A stretch of 64,000 nt of DNA from Cycas panzhihuaensis. Taxonomy: Eukaryota; Plantae; Cycadophyta. Position numbers and translations under genes: made by a program. Each line of letters begins with the position of its first letter. The first letter of the stretch is position 1. The notes beneath the pieces were generated by a model. That model was given only the letters and a program-made list of their open reading frames with translations. It was not told the origin of the DNA and searched no databases. Shown in pieces: positions 39,501 through 53,200 of this stretch. The stretch is from assembly GCA_023213395.1 (NCBI GenBank), contig CM041465.1:208699741-208763740 (forward strand), in the 5' to 3' direction.

Positions 39501-40403
39501 TGAGCTCCTTTCTATCGTTGTGTATTGATCTTGGGTCAGATATCAACCCTAGATTGCTAGAATATTACAATCTCTCACTTATATCTAGATTCCTTCCTTC
39601 TTCAATCAACACACTATGTGTCAATCCACGAAAAAGATAGTCGAACAATATGAAATTGGAGGTAAGGTGACTTCTTTAGGTTGCGATGATCCTTGACAAT
39701 AATAGACGAGCATGCCCTCAACGTGGACGCTTCATACAGATGCATTAGATGTCATTGTCAATGGTCAAAAATTTTAGGCAACACATTTCTAATTCACCCA
39801 TGGTTCAAATGGCCCACTTGTGCATAGACTAAAACCACTTCATTGAAATCGATGAGCTGCTAAATCTTCAAATGCCTGTTGAGATTTTCCCCCTTCCATA
39901 GATTACCTTGCAATATGCTCTTTGCTCTAATACCAGTTGTAGCAGGCCCAAACCTCAAACAAGAGACAAAGATTATATTTTTTAGTAGATAACATACATT
40001 TACAGCAAAAATTCTTCATAAAATATCATTCAACAGACATAGTTCATCCATCCATGCAGTATAACATCCATGCATTGATAAAATAACAATAGAAATTGAA
40101 GTGATAAATAATAGCAGAACAATAGAACCTAATACAATGTCTAGTAGTGAAGTAACCCTCTTCGAGGCAAGAGTAGTCCTCCAAATAAGCATAAGGCCCT
40201 CATGGTGTGAGGCCATTATCCCAAGTAATAATAAATTCTCAAAGATTTGTTTACAAATGATCAAGGCTTTCCTATTTATAGCCTTTATTTCTCTCTCTTA
40301 AATAACTCTCTCTTTAAAAAACTGACTTCATAATGAAATATATTAAATGATTCTTTCTTTAATCCTCCTAATAATAGACTTCCTTTCATTGGGGAATGCT
40401 ACA
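36535..40403 (-). mobile_element. Non-autonomous gypsy-derived LTR element H (3.87 kb), gag remnant only
   Basis: LTRs 36535-37051 and 39938-40403 (TGTAG...CTACA), perfect TSD TTCAA, PBS TGGTATTAGAGC (39924-39935), PPT about 37052-37066. Gag-like LEGRAHDWF near 38570-38600; no RT/INT recognised. Confidence 0.92.
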
Positions 40404-41542
40404 TTCAATGTACTCTGATTATCATGGTAGAAAATAGTTGGTTCTAATTGGGGCAGTTTCATGTCTTGCATAATCTATCATGGCCAAATGGCTTCAGTAG
40501 TAGCTACAACTATAGCCTTGTACTTTGCTTTAGTTGAGGACAAAGCAACATTTAATTGTTTTTTATTGCCCCAAGTGATGGTAGTTGAACCCAAACTAAA
40601 ATAGTATCTAAAAGTTGACCTTCTGCTATCTGCACATTCGACCCAATCAGAATCTATTAATCATATTAACTTGAAATTATCATTATGCTTGAATTCAAGC
40701 CCATATTGAATTGTTCCCTTCAAGTATTTGAGGATCCTCTTTGCAGCTTTCTAGTGGCTTTGTTTTGGCATTGCTATAAACCTAGACACCATTCCTGTAA
40801 GAAACCTTCAATAAATGAAGATGGAATTCATTGATTATGTGAGAAAGGCTCTCTCCATATATATGTACATCAGTTGTTTGTAACCATTCAGTGTAGATGT
40901 GCCACTTGTCTGACACTTATCTTTATTAATAGAAGATGGGTTTTACACATGACCCTCATAATATCCTAGATAAAACATTACTTTCTAACACCCTCTCTTA
41001 ATGTTTTATCTATTTACACCACACCCACTTTTAAGAAATTGAAACTTCTCTTTGCTAAGAGGTTTTGTAAGAATTCTGCAAGTTGTTCATTTGTCATGCA
41101 ATGTATTAGGTCTATCTCCTTGTCCTATACTTTTTTCCATATGAAATGATGATGTACTTTAATATGCTTGGTTCATGCATGGAAGATTGGATTCTTGGTC
41201 AATTTTATTGCACTCTGGTTGTCACAAAAAAGTGTCGTTGATTCTTGTTGTTGCTAATTTAAATCTATCAGTAGTTGTCTTAACCATACTGCTTCACAGG
41301 ATGCGCTGACTGTAGACTTATATTTTACTTTTGTAGAAGACAAGGCAATTGTTGGTTGTTGTTTGTTGCTCTAGGATACTACGGCTGATCTAACGAAAAA
41401 ACAATACCCGCTGGTTGACTTTCTTTTTTCCTCATCTCCTACCCAGTCTGAATCACAGAACTCAATTAATTTACCTGTCTCATTTTTTGGATATGTAAGT
41501 TTTAAATTTGAAGTTCCTTTCAGATATCTGAGTATCCTCTTT

Positions 41543-44500
41543 TGAAGTGACCCTTGAGAGTCTGGCCAACCTCTATGCACTGTTGTGGCTGACTTCTAAT
41601 GGTTACTTTGGCCACCCCTCTCCCTGTCTTGGCCGACTTCATTATGTCCCAATTTGAGCACCTATAAATAGGGATTTTTGAGGTCATCCTCAATCATCAA
41701 TTTGTAAAGTGTTCCTTCTTATTTTCAACCTTTAGGCAGCTGCAAATTTTTGGCCTTAGGGCTGCATTTTTAGGAGGATCCCCGCCTCGAAGGGCTCGGT
41801 GTTTATTATAGGTTGTGTTGGTACTTATTGAACATCTATTTGTACTCTTTTGACATCCAATTCAACACTTGTAATTGATTTATATCTGGAACTATATGTT
41901 TATGTTGGTACTTCTTATATATAAAATTGACAATTGTATTCTATTATCTATGAAATTTAGCTCTGTTCTATCCTACTTCTATCCTTTTGGGTGAAAGAAC
42001 CGTTACAAGTGGTATCAAAGCTTCGTTTCGAAGCGGGATTTTAAGGAGATTTTTCAATCAGGGGGAAGCAAATTTTGACCCGCCCTCGCACCCTAGGAAT
42101 TTTGGAAGGATCCAAACAAAATTAAGATCTAGAAAGATTAGATCGCCAAGCAAAATGCCAAGATCCCAAGAATTAGAGGAGCAAACAGCAGAGACCATGA
42201 CAACAGTCATGTAGGAACTCATACAACAGATCAAGAACCTTAATGTGAGGTTAGAAAAGCAAGAAATAAACCAACCTAAAATAGAACAAAATCAAGATTC
42301 ATATTAAGATGCAGACCAAGGGAACCAGGAAGGTAGGTTTAAAGAAGGATTCATTTTTCAGCGAAGGAACATAAGATCACAGGGAATCCCAACAAACACG
42401 AAGATGGCACTGGAAAAATTTGATCCAAAAAAGGTGCAAGACATAAGAGCATGGTTACTCCAAATGGAAATATACTTTGCAATAAACCAGATGGCAAAAA
42501 CAGATATGGTTCCCATCGCTTCTCTACATCTTTATGGATGACTGAAATTGGTATTATTGGTGGAAAAAGATGCAAGGACCACAACAACAAGAGTGGAGAA
42601 ACTTTCGAGCAACTATTATCAATCAATACAAAGACTCATGGGCCATGGATTATTTCGCCCAACTGACAAGACTATAATAGACCGGATCGGTTCGAGAGTA
42701 TACGGAACAATTCCAAATGTTACAATGCATGATTACATCAAGCGTCCCCTAGGAATGTCTCAAGGAAACCTATATAAGTGGTCTTAAGGCACCCATAAGA
42801 TTCCATGTATTAGCGCAACAACGCGAAGCATTGGAAGAAATCATAAAGCATGCCACATTTGTCGAAGTTGAACTCAAAGAAACCAGGCCAACCTATGTGC
42901 GCAGAATAGAATTTGCACCACCACCTATCGTGAACTGGAATAGGTTAGGAGTTAAGTCAGATGCTTCTCTTACAATCAAGAGTATGACGAAAAATCCTAC
43001 GTGAGAAGAACACATAAAGAAAGGCCACCTATTTCAAATGTGGAGGAAAGTGGAACTGGGAGCACTAGTGCCCAGGAAAAAAGGTATTCATGTTAAATAA
43101 TAAAGAAGTAGAGATACCTGAACAAATGGAAGAAGATGTAGTCCTAGATCAGGAAGACAACAACAAACAAACTGAAGCAGAGCTGGATGAATTACTAGAA
43201 GTCGATATAAAGAATGTCTAGATCTCTCTGCAAGCCATAACAGGACAAAGTACTACACCTCGGACACTACAATTCAAAGAGATGCTAAAAGGAGCTCCAA
43301 TAGCAGTATTGGTGGATAGTGGGACCATCCACAACTTTATCAATAGACCAATAGCCCAGATGCTAGGAATAAAGGTGGAGCCATTGAAAACTTTCCAAGT
43401 ATCAATTGCTAACAGAAAAATAGCGCCTTGCAGAGGGTTTTGCAAAAACATCAACTTGAAAATCGATGAGTATCCTTTGAATTCCAACATTTTTGTGATG
43501 CAGAAAGGGAGAGTTGATGTAGTTCTAGGGGTACAGTGGTTGCAAACTTTAAGCAATATAGTCACCAACTATATAACCAAGGTCATGTGCTTCTGAATAA
43601 ACAACACAAAATATATATTACGTGGACCAAAACATCCACCAATGCAACTAGTGTCGTCCCATAGAATGGAGAAGATCATGCGGAAAAAAGTGCCCACATA
43701 TATAGTTTCATGCCACAAGGTCGAAATCCAAGAAATACCAACAGAGATCCAACACATCTTGGATGACTATAAACAAGTATTCGAAGAACCGAAGGGGTTA
43801 CCCCCAGCATGAGAAACTTAGCACACTATTGATTTAGTCCCAGGAGCTGCACTGATGAACATAAGGCCATATAGGCACCCATACCACATGAGGAAGGATA
43901 TCAAAAACATAACAAGAGAATTACTCTCATAAGGCCACATTCAAAGTAGCATAAGTCTGTTTGCATCTCCAGTGGTAATCGGCCCCAAGAAAGATGGAAC
44001 AGTCAGGATGTGCATAGATTACAGAGGACTAAACAAGTTAACTATAAAGAATAGATATCCTATCCCTAGGATCGACGACTTGCTAGATGAGATACAAGGG
44101 GCAAAATACTTCTCCAAGATCGACCTCTGGTCCGGATACCATCAAATTCGGATAAAAGAAAAAGATGTCCACAAGACAACCTTTAAAACTCACGAGAGAC
44201 TATTGAAATTCAAAGTGATGCCTTTTGGACTAACCAACACCCCAACAACATTCCATGCCACCATGAACTCCACATTCAAGGAAATCTTAAGGAAGTTTAT
44301 ACTAATTTTTTTTTATGACATCCTTATCTATAGCAAAATATGGAGCGAGCATTTGGCGTGCCTTAGATTAGTCCTAGAAATCTTAGCAAATAGATTACTT
44401 TTTGTAAACAAGAAAAAATCCTCTTTGGGCCAACAGGAACTGGAATACCTTGTTCATATGATTACTACAGAAGGAATTGAGGTTGACCCCAAGAAGGTCT

Positions 44501-47052
44501 AGGCGATAGTAAATTTGCCAATACCAAAGAATGTCACGAGAGTTCGCGGTTTCCTACGAGCAGTAGGATACCTCAGGAAATTCATAAAAGGATATGCCAA
44601 CATAGCAGTCCCACTTATGGACCTAACCAAGAAGGACGCATTTGCATGGAATTCAACGGCCAACAATGCTTTTGAAGAACTAAAGGGTGCAATGGTAAGA
44701 GCTCCAATCTTAGCACTTCCAAATTTTTCTAAACCATTCATCTGGGAGTGCGATGCATCAAGGTTTGGCATAGGAGCCATCTTATTACAAGACGAAAGAT
44801 CGATAGGATATGAAAGTAGGAAGCTGAACAACAGAGAAAAGTTAAAGCCCATTTATGACAAGGAGATGCTAGCTATATAATGCACACGATCCACTAGTGG
44901 AGACAATATTTGCTGGGGAGCCCATTTTAGGTACAAACGGATCACAATAGTCTCAAATACTTCTTAAGTCAAAAGGCGCTGTCAGACGAACAACAAAAGT
45001 GGATGAGCAAACTACAATCATTTGATTTTATTATCGTGTGCAAAAAGGGCAAAGACAATGCCATAGTAGACGCCCTCTTAAGGATCCCAAAAGAATCTCA
45101 CGAGCAGCTAGCATTACAAACAATATCAGTGGCCACCCTGGCATGGCACGAGACACTAAGAGAGGAATACAACAACGATTTGAGATACAAGTAGTTGATA
45201 GATAAAACAAGTGAGGATGAAACTAACTTGTATGAGATACAGCAGGGAATAATACTTAGGAAGGGAAAGATTCACATTCCAAGAAAATCTACACTAAAAG
45301 ACATAATATTATAGGAAGCTCACTGCACACCTACAGCAGGCCACACGGGGATCAACAAGACATGCAGAAAGGTAAGAGCTTCTTTTTATTGGAAAGGATT
45401 AAAAATAGATGTTCAGAAGTTTGTGGCAAAATGCGATACCTGCTAGAGGAACAAGATCGAATGCATAAAAATGCCAGGGTTACTCTAGCCGTTGCCAATT
45501 TCGGAACAAAAATGGGACGAAATATCAATGGACTTCATAATAGGATTACCCTGCTCAGAAGGGAAGGATGCAATTCTGGTCATAGTAGATCGTCTTACTA
45601 AATATGGCCACTTCAAAGAGTTGAAATCAACATCTAAAGCCAACAAAGTTGTAGAACTGTACATGAAGGAGATCCATCATCTACATGGTTTTCCAAAGGC
45701 AATCATAAGTGACTGTGACCCAAAGTTTACCAGTAAATTTTGGCAAGATCTCTTCAAAATTGCTAGTACAAAACTCAAGATGAGCACAACGTATCACCCA
45801 CAAACAGATGGGCAAATAGAAATCGTCAATAAATGCTTAGAGGGATATTTGAGGAAGTTCTGCTTAGACAAACAAAAGTAATGGCATCGATGGTTGCACT
45901 TAGCAGAATGGTGGTATAACACTACCTACCACTCCTCAACAAAGATGACACCTTTCCAGGCTTTTTATGGATACCAACCACCATCATTATTAACTTAGAA
46001 CATACCATCACAGGTCCAGGCAATTGAGGAACATCAAAAGCAAGTAGAGGAGACCATCAACAGATTGAAAGATAATTTAGCAATGGCACAAAACAGGATG
46101 AAGCAACAAGCTGATCTAAAGCACTCTGAAAAGCAATTCAAACCAAAGGACTGGGTCTTTTTGCGTCTTCAGCCATACAAACAAGCTTTCTTATAGAGAA
46201 CAAGCAACCAAAAGCTTGCGCTTAGATATTTTGGGCCATACGAAATCACCTCCAAAATAGGTGAAGTCACATATCAATTAAGGCTCCCAAAAAGTGCAAA
46301 AATTCATAATGTCTTTCATGTTTCCTGTCTAAAAAGGAAAATTGGGGAAAAGATAGTACCGCAGTCCAACATCCTAAAGCTAAACAAGAGGGAAAATGAT
46401 GCTAGAGCCAAAAGGAATCTTACAAACCTGCACCAGATCCCTCAGATCTAAACAAATCAAAGAACACTTGATCAAATGGAAAAACTAGGATGAGGAAGAT
46501 GCCAAGTGGGAGAAAGACGAATGGAAGCAATTTCCAAACTTAGCAGTGCTATGAGGGCAAAGCACAGTTTCAAGGAGGGGGGGACTTGAAGCGACCCTTG
46601 AGAGTCTGATCGACTTCTATGCACTGCAGTGGCCGACTTCTAATGGTTATTTTGGGTGCACCTCTCCCTATCTTGGCAGACTTCATTATGTCCCAGTTTG
46701 AGCGCTTATAAATAGGGACTTTTGAGGTCATTCTTAATCATCAATTTGTGAAGTGTTCCTTCTTATTTTCGGCCTTTAGGCAGCTACATATTTTCAGCCT
46801 TAGGGTTGCATTTCTGAGGAGGATCCCCGCCTCGAAGGGCTCAATGTTTATTATAGGTTGTGTTGGTACTTATTGAACTTCTATTTGTACTCTTTTGACA
46901 TCAAATTCAGCACTTGTAATTGATTTATATCTGGAAATATACGTTTATTTTGGTACTTTTTATATATGAAATTGTCAGTTGTATTCTATTATTTGTGAAA
47001 TTTAACTCTGTTCTATCCTACTTTTGTCCTATTGGGTGAAAGAATCGTTACA
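41543..47052 (+). mobile_element. Full-length degenerate Ty3/gypsy chromovirus G (5.5 kb, Reina-like size)
   Basis: LTRs 41543-42007 and 46587-47052, perfect TSD TCTTT, PBS TGGTATCAAAGC (42010-42021), PPT 46572-46584. gag, PR (LVDSGTIHNFI), RT (RMCIDYRGLN, KIDLWSGYHQI), RH (ECDASRFGIGA), INT (ISMDFI, YHPQTDGQ, FGPY), chromodomain (LEPKGIL..LIKWKN.DEEDAKWE). Confidence 0.96.
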
Positions 47053-50000
47053 TCTTTGCTACTATCCAATGTGCTAGTTTTGGATCCTACATATACTTGG
47101 AAATGTCTCTAATAGAGTATGAAATATCAGGTCTGGTTGCAGTCAGATATATCAGACTTCTAACTAATTGTCTATATAGAGTTGTACCAACTAAAGTATC
47201 TTCTATAGATGGAGTTAAGTCACACCCAATTTCCATGGGGTTAACAAAACTATTACATTCTTCTATTTTGAATTTTACCAACAAATCCTTGGTGTATTTG
47301 TTTTGTGACAAAGTGATTGAATCTTTCTTTTGATTAACTTTTATACCAAGGTAATAATTTAGAAGTCCTAAATCAATCATCTCAAAACCTTTTTCTAATT
47401 GTACTTTTATATCTATGATGGACTCTATGTCGCTACTTCTGAGAATCATGTCATCTACATATACTACAATTATTGTAATCAACCCTTGATTTTTTTCACA
47501 TACAAACTGGAACTTGATTTGCATCTGTGAAACCCATTTTGAATGAGATATTTATCCAATTTGGCCTACCAAGCCCTTGGAGCCTGTTTTAGCCCATATA
47601 AGGCCTTTTTCAGCCTGCATACAAGATGTTCTTGTCTATTTCAAACATATCCTTCTGGTTGCCTCATATAAACCTCTTCTTCAAGATCCCCATTCAACAA
47701 CAAATACAACAACGATTTGAGATACAAGTAGTTGATAGATAAAACAAGTGAGGATAAAACTAACTTGTATGAGATACAACAGGGAATAATACTTAGGAAG
47801 GGAAAGATTCACATTCCAAGAAAATCTACACTAAAAGACATAATATTATAGGAAGCTCACTCCACACCTACAGCAGGCCACACGGGGATCGACAAGACAT
47901 ACAGAAAGGTAAGAGCTTCTTTTTATTGAAAAGGATTAAAAACAGATGTTCAGAAGTTTGTGGCGAAATGCGATACCTGCTAGAGGAACAAGATCGAATG
48001 CATAAAAATGCCAGGGTTACTCTAGCCGTTGCCAATTCCGGAACAAAAATGGGACGAAATATCAATGGACTTCATAATAGGATTACCCTGCTTAGAAGGG
48101 AAGGATGCAATTCTGGTCATAGTAGATCGTCTTACTAAATATGGCCATTTTAAAGAGTTGAAATCAACATCTAAAACCAATAAAGTTGTAGAACTGTACA
48201 TGAAGGAGATCCATCATCTACATGGTTTTCCAAAGGCAATCATAAGTGACTGTGACCCAAAATTTACTAGTAAATTTTGGCAAGATCTCTTCAAAATTGC
48301 TAGTACAAAACTCAAGATGAGCACAACGTATCACCCACAAACAGATGGGCAAATAGAAATCGTCAATAAATGTTTAGAGGGATATTTGAGGAAGTTCTGC
48401 TTAGACAAACAAAAATAATGGCACTGATGGTTGCACTTAGTAGAATGGTGGTATAGAACTACCTACCACTCCTCAACAAAGATGACACCTTTCCAGGCTT
48501 TCTATGGATACCAACCACCATCATTATTAACTTAGAACAGACCATCACAAGTCTAGGCAATTGAGGAACATCAAAAGCAAGTAGAGGAGACCATCAACAG
48601 ATTGAAAGATAATTTAGCAATGGCACAAAACAGGATGAAGCAACAAGCTGATCTAAAGCACTCTAAAAAGCAATTCAAACCACAGGACTGGGTCTTTTTG
48701 CGTCTTCAGCCATACAAACAAGCTTTCTTATAGAGAACAAGCAACCAAAAGCTTGCGCTTAGATATTTTGGGCCATACGAAATCACCTCCAAAATAGGTG
48801 AAGTCACATATCAATTAAGGCTCCTGAAAAGTGCAAACATTCATAATGTCTTTCATGTTTCCTGTCTAAAAAGGAAAATTGGGGAAAAGATAGTACCGCA
48901 GTCCAACATCCTGAAGCTAAACAAGAGGGAAAATGACGCTAGAGCCAAAAGGAATCTTGCAAACCTGCACCAGATCCCTCAGATCCAAACAAATCAAAGA
49001 ACACTTGATCAAATGGAAAAACCTGGATGAGGAAGATGCCAAGTGGGAGAAAGATGAATGGATAAAGCAATTTCCAAACTTACCAGTGCTATGAGGGCAA
49101 AGCACAGTTTCAAGGTGGGGGGACTTGAAGCAACCCTTGAGAGTCTGATCGACTTCTATGCACTGCAGTGGCCGACTTCTAATGGTTATTTTGGGTGCAC
49201 CTCTCCCTGTCTTGGCAGACTTCATTATGTCCCAGTTTGAGCGCCTATAAATAGGGACTTTTGAGGTCATTCTTAATCATCAATTTGTGAAGTGTTCCTT
49301 CTTATTTTCGGCCTTTAGGCAGTTGCATATTTTCAGCCTTAGGGTTGCATTTTTGAGCAGGATCCCCGCCTCGAAGGGCTCAATGTTTATTATAGGTTGT
49401 GTTGGTACTTATTGAACTTCTATTTGTACTTTTTTGACATCAAATTCAGCACTTGTAATTGATTTATATTTGGAAATATACGTTTATTTTGGTACTTTTT
49501 ATATATGAAATTGCCAGTTGTATTCTATTATCTGTGAAATTTAACTCTGTTCTATCCTACTTTTGTCCTTTTGGGTGAAAGAACCGTTACATCTTTGCTA
49601 CTATCCAATGTGCTAGTTTTGGATCCTACATATAATTGGAAATGTCTCTAATAGAGTATGAAATATCAGGTCTGGTTGCAGTCAGATATATCAAACTTCT
49701 AACTAATTGTCTATATAGAGTTGTACCAACTAAAGTATCTTCTATAGATGGAGTTAAGTCACACCCGATTTCCATGGGGGTAACACAACTATTACATTCT
49801 TCTATTTTGAATTTTACCAACAAATCCTTGGTGTATTTGTTTTGTGACAAAGTGATTGAATCTTTCTTTTGATTAACTTTTATACCAAGGTAATAATTTA
49901 GAAGTCCTAAATCAGTCATCTCAAAACCTTTTTCTAATTGCACTTTTATATCTATGATGGACTCTATGTCGCTACCTGTGAGAATCATGTCATCTACATA

Positions 50001-50236
50001 TACTACAATTATTGTGATCAACGCTTGATTTTTTTCACATACAAACTGGAACTTGATTTGCATCTGTGAAACCTATTTTGAATGAGATATTTATCCAATT
50101 TGGCCTACCAAGCCCTTGGAGCCTGTTTTAGCCCATATAAGGCCTTTTTCAGCCTGCATACAAGATGTTCTTATCTATTTCAAACATATCCTTCTGGTTG
50201 CCTCATATAAACCTCTTCTTCAAGATCCCCATTCAA
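45166..50236. repeat. About 2.53-kb tandem duplication (45166-47697 / 47703-50236) with filler CAACA
   Basis: Near-identical ORF pairs 45492..45881 / 48029..48418 and 47087..47524 / 49626..50063; creates a third G LTR at 49126-49591 followed again by TCTTT. Confidence 0.96.
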
Positions 50237-53200
50237 AAAGGCACTTTTCACATCCAATTAATAGACTTTCCAATTTTGTCGTGCAACTAAGGTTATTACC
50301 ATCCTAATTGTATTTAGTTTGGCTACTGGAGAGAAAGTTTCATCATAGTCTGCTCTAGTAGTCTATGTGTAGCCCTTGGCCACCAATCTGGCCTTGTACT
50401 TTTCTTACCATTAGAATTTCCTTTTATTTTATATACCCACTTATAGTTGACAATAGGTTTGTCTGTAGGTGGTTTGACTAGTTCCCATGTTTTGTTTTTG
50501 GAAATAGATTCCATTTTTGTGTCCATTGTAGCTTGCCACTCTTCATGCTGACTTGCTTCTTCATATGATTGTGGTTCAATAGAGTAGAATAGAGCTTGAT
50601 GTTTTGGGCCCTTGTTCTGTGAGTGAATATGTCTCCTTTGGATTCTTCAATGGCTTTGAAATACCATTTGGGTATCTTTTTGGAAGATGTTCTCCTTTCG
50701 TCATCTTCAAGAGTCGATTCTCTGTGAGGTGAAGGTGCTCTTTTTTATTGTTCTTCTTCATTTGTCCTTATATTTTTAGATGTGATTCCTGATATTTCTT
50801 TAGGTGGAGGGACTTTCATTAAGGACTCCTTTGTAGGCTCTGCAATTTTCTAGTATGGACTTACGATAATGTCTCTTTCATTGAATATGACATCTCTACT
50901 TACATAGACCTTATTTGTTTTTGGGTCTATATACCTATAGGCTTTTGAATTTTTACTGCAACCTATCATTATGCATTCAATGATTTTACAATCAAGTTTT
51001 GACCTTTTTTTGTCTGAAATATGCATAAAGGCTTGGCAACCAAAGGCTTTTAAGTTACTTACATCTGGCTTGTATCCTGTCCATGCCTCTTCTGGAGTCA
51101 TTTGCTTAAGGCTTGTGTTGGACTTTGATTTATAAGATAAACAATTGTGTTTACAACCTCTGTCCAATAGGTTTTTGAAATTTCTCTGTCTTGAATCATA
51201 CTTCAATCCATTTCCATAATTGTCCTATTCATTCGCTCGACCATGCCATTTGACTAAGGTGTATATGGAGTTGTTATTTGTCGATGTATCCCATGAGTTT
51301 TGCAGAAGGTTTGGAATTCTTTTAAGATGTATTCACCTCTTTCATCCGATTTGATACATTTTATTATATTTCCACATTCCAATTCTACTTCTGCCATAAA
51401 CTCTTTGAATTTATCAAAGGTTTCAAATTTACTATAGAGAAAGTAAATCCACACTTTCCTAGAAAAATCATCAATAAAGTAAGGAAATATTAGGCACCAT
51501 TGATTGAACCTGGAGTGATAGGTCCGCACATATTAGAATGTATTAATTCTATTTTACTTTTTGCATGCCATTCACGTTTTTGGAAAGGAAAGCGATGCTT
51601 GTCAAGTAGGCAACCTTTACAAACAAAAGGATGAAATACCACATCTAGTAGTCCATCAACCATGCTTCAGCGTTTTAACTATTCTAGTCTATCAGAAGAA
51701 ATATGCCCATACTTTAAATGTCGAAGTTTATTACTATCAACATTTGCAACAACAAAGGGTTTTACATCTTTGTTTGCAATGATAGGGCTAAAGAGCAATT
51801 TATAGAGATCATTGCTTTCTATACCCTTAGCAATTATGGTGCCACCATTTTTCATGTCTAAGATATAACAAAACCATTCCTCATCAAAGATAGTTATTAA
51901 CTTTTTCTTTTTGAGCTGTGAAACAAAAAGAAAGTTCTTTTTCAACCCTGGAACAAAGAGAACATTGCCAATTTTTTGGATAGTTCTTTTCATTTCAATT
52001 GCTATTGTTCCAACCCCTTGAATATTGAGAGGATGTTTGTCTCCTAACTCTACTGACTTGTTAGGAGAGTAGGATTTCAAAGATTCAAACCATTCTTCAC
52101 GACTTGTCATATGTTTGGACGCTCCCAAATCAATGTACTAGACATCTTCATCTTTGAGATTGGCAGTGAGTGCGACTATAAACGCCGTTTCTTCTTCATC
52201 TTCATCAAAGTTGTTCTACTTCTTGTTGTAGTTGCCAGTAGGTCTTTTCTCTCTCTATATGTTAGCTCTGCTTTGTGAGCATTGATATGGAAAGTGGTTT
52301 ATTTGCCCACAATGACAACAAACGTCAAAGGCTTTGCAGTTGCTTGAGAAGTGTCTAGGCTTTCCATACTTGGAGCATACCCTAGCATCTCTTGGTGGGA
52401 TTGGTCACCGTCTGCCTTTGTTTTCTTGCCATCTACCTTTGGACTGGGTTTCGGTGTTAGGGGTTCTTCCACGAGCTCTTGATTGCCCTCGTCCTCTGGA
52501 ACTAAAAATGAGCTTGGACAGGAAGGCCTCTTCAAACTCCATCTCTTCCTCTTACCTCCTGTTCCTTTGTTCTTGCCTGAGGAGAAGTCCTGTCAAAGTA
52601 TTAAGCGACATAGTAGCAGTCTGATCATTGTTAGTTATTGTGTTTACCATATTATCAAAGCATTTCAAAAGTTTGTTTACAATCATTTCAATGAGCTCCT
52701 GGTTAGGCAAATTTGCACTAGCATTGATCAAATCATTTCTTATTGATGTTACTTTATGAATGAACTCTGAAATACTCTCCTTTTCCATCATATGTAATTT
52801 AAATAGTTTTTCTTTTAGGGCATGACTTTGGCATGATTTTTTTGGCTATGGAGATTAGCAAACACTTTCTAAATTTCTACAGAGGAATTTAATCTTTCAA
52901 CATACACCAAGAGGGGATCAGAGATGTATAACTTCAGAATTATTACTCATGTATTATCTCTTTCATCCCAATTGGGTTGAGTAGCTACATCATTAGGCCT
53001 TTTTTCTACCCCCTATGGTATGTTCCAGGTACTTTTAGCTCTTAATAGGGTTTCAATCTTAATTTTCCATATAAAATAATTGGTTTTAGTCAATTTATCC
53101 TAATTACTCAATGCAAGAATGGAAGAGGCCATCTTAAAGACTGAACAGAAGATATCAGACTAACTTTTAAGATTTTGAATAGGCTAGCCACGATCAATGT

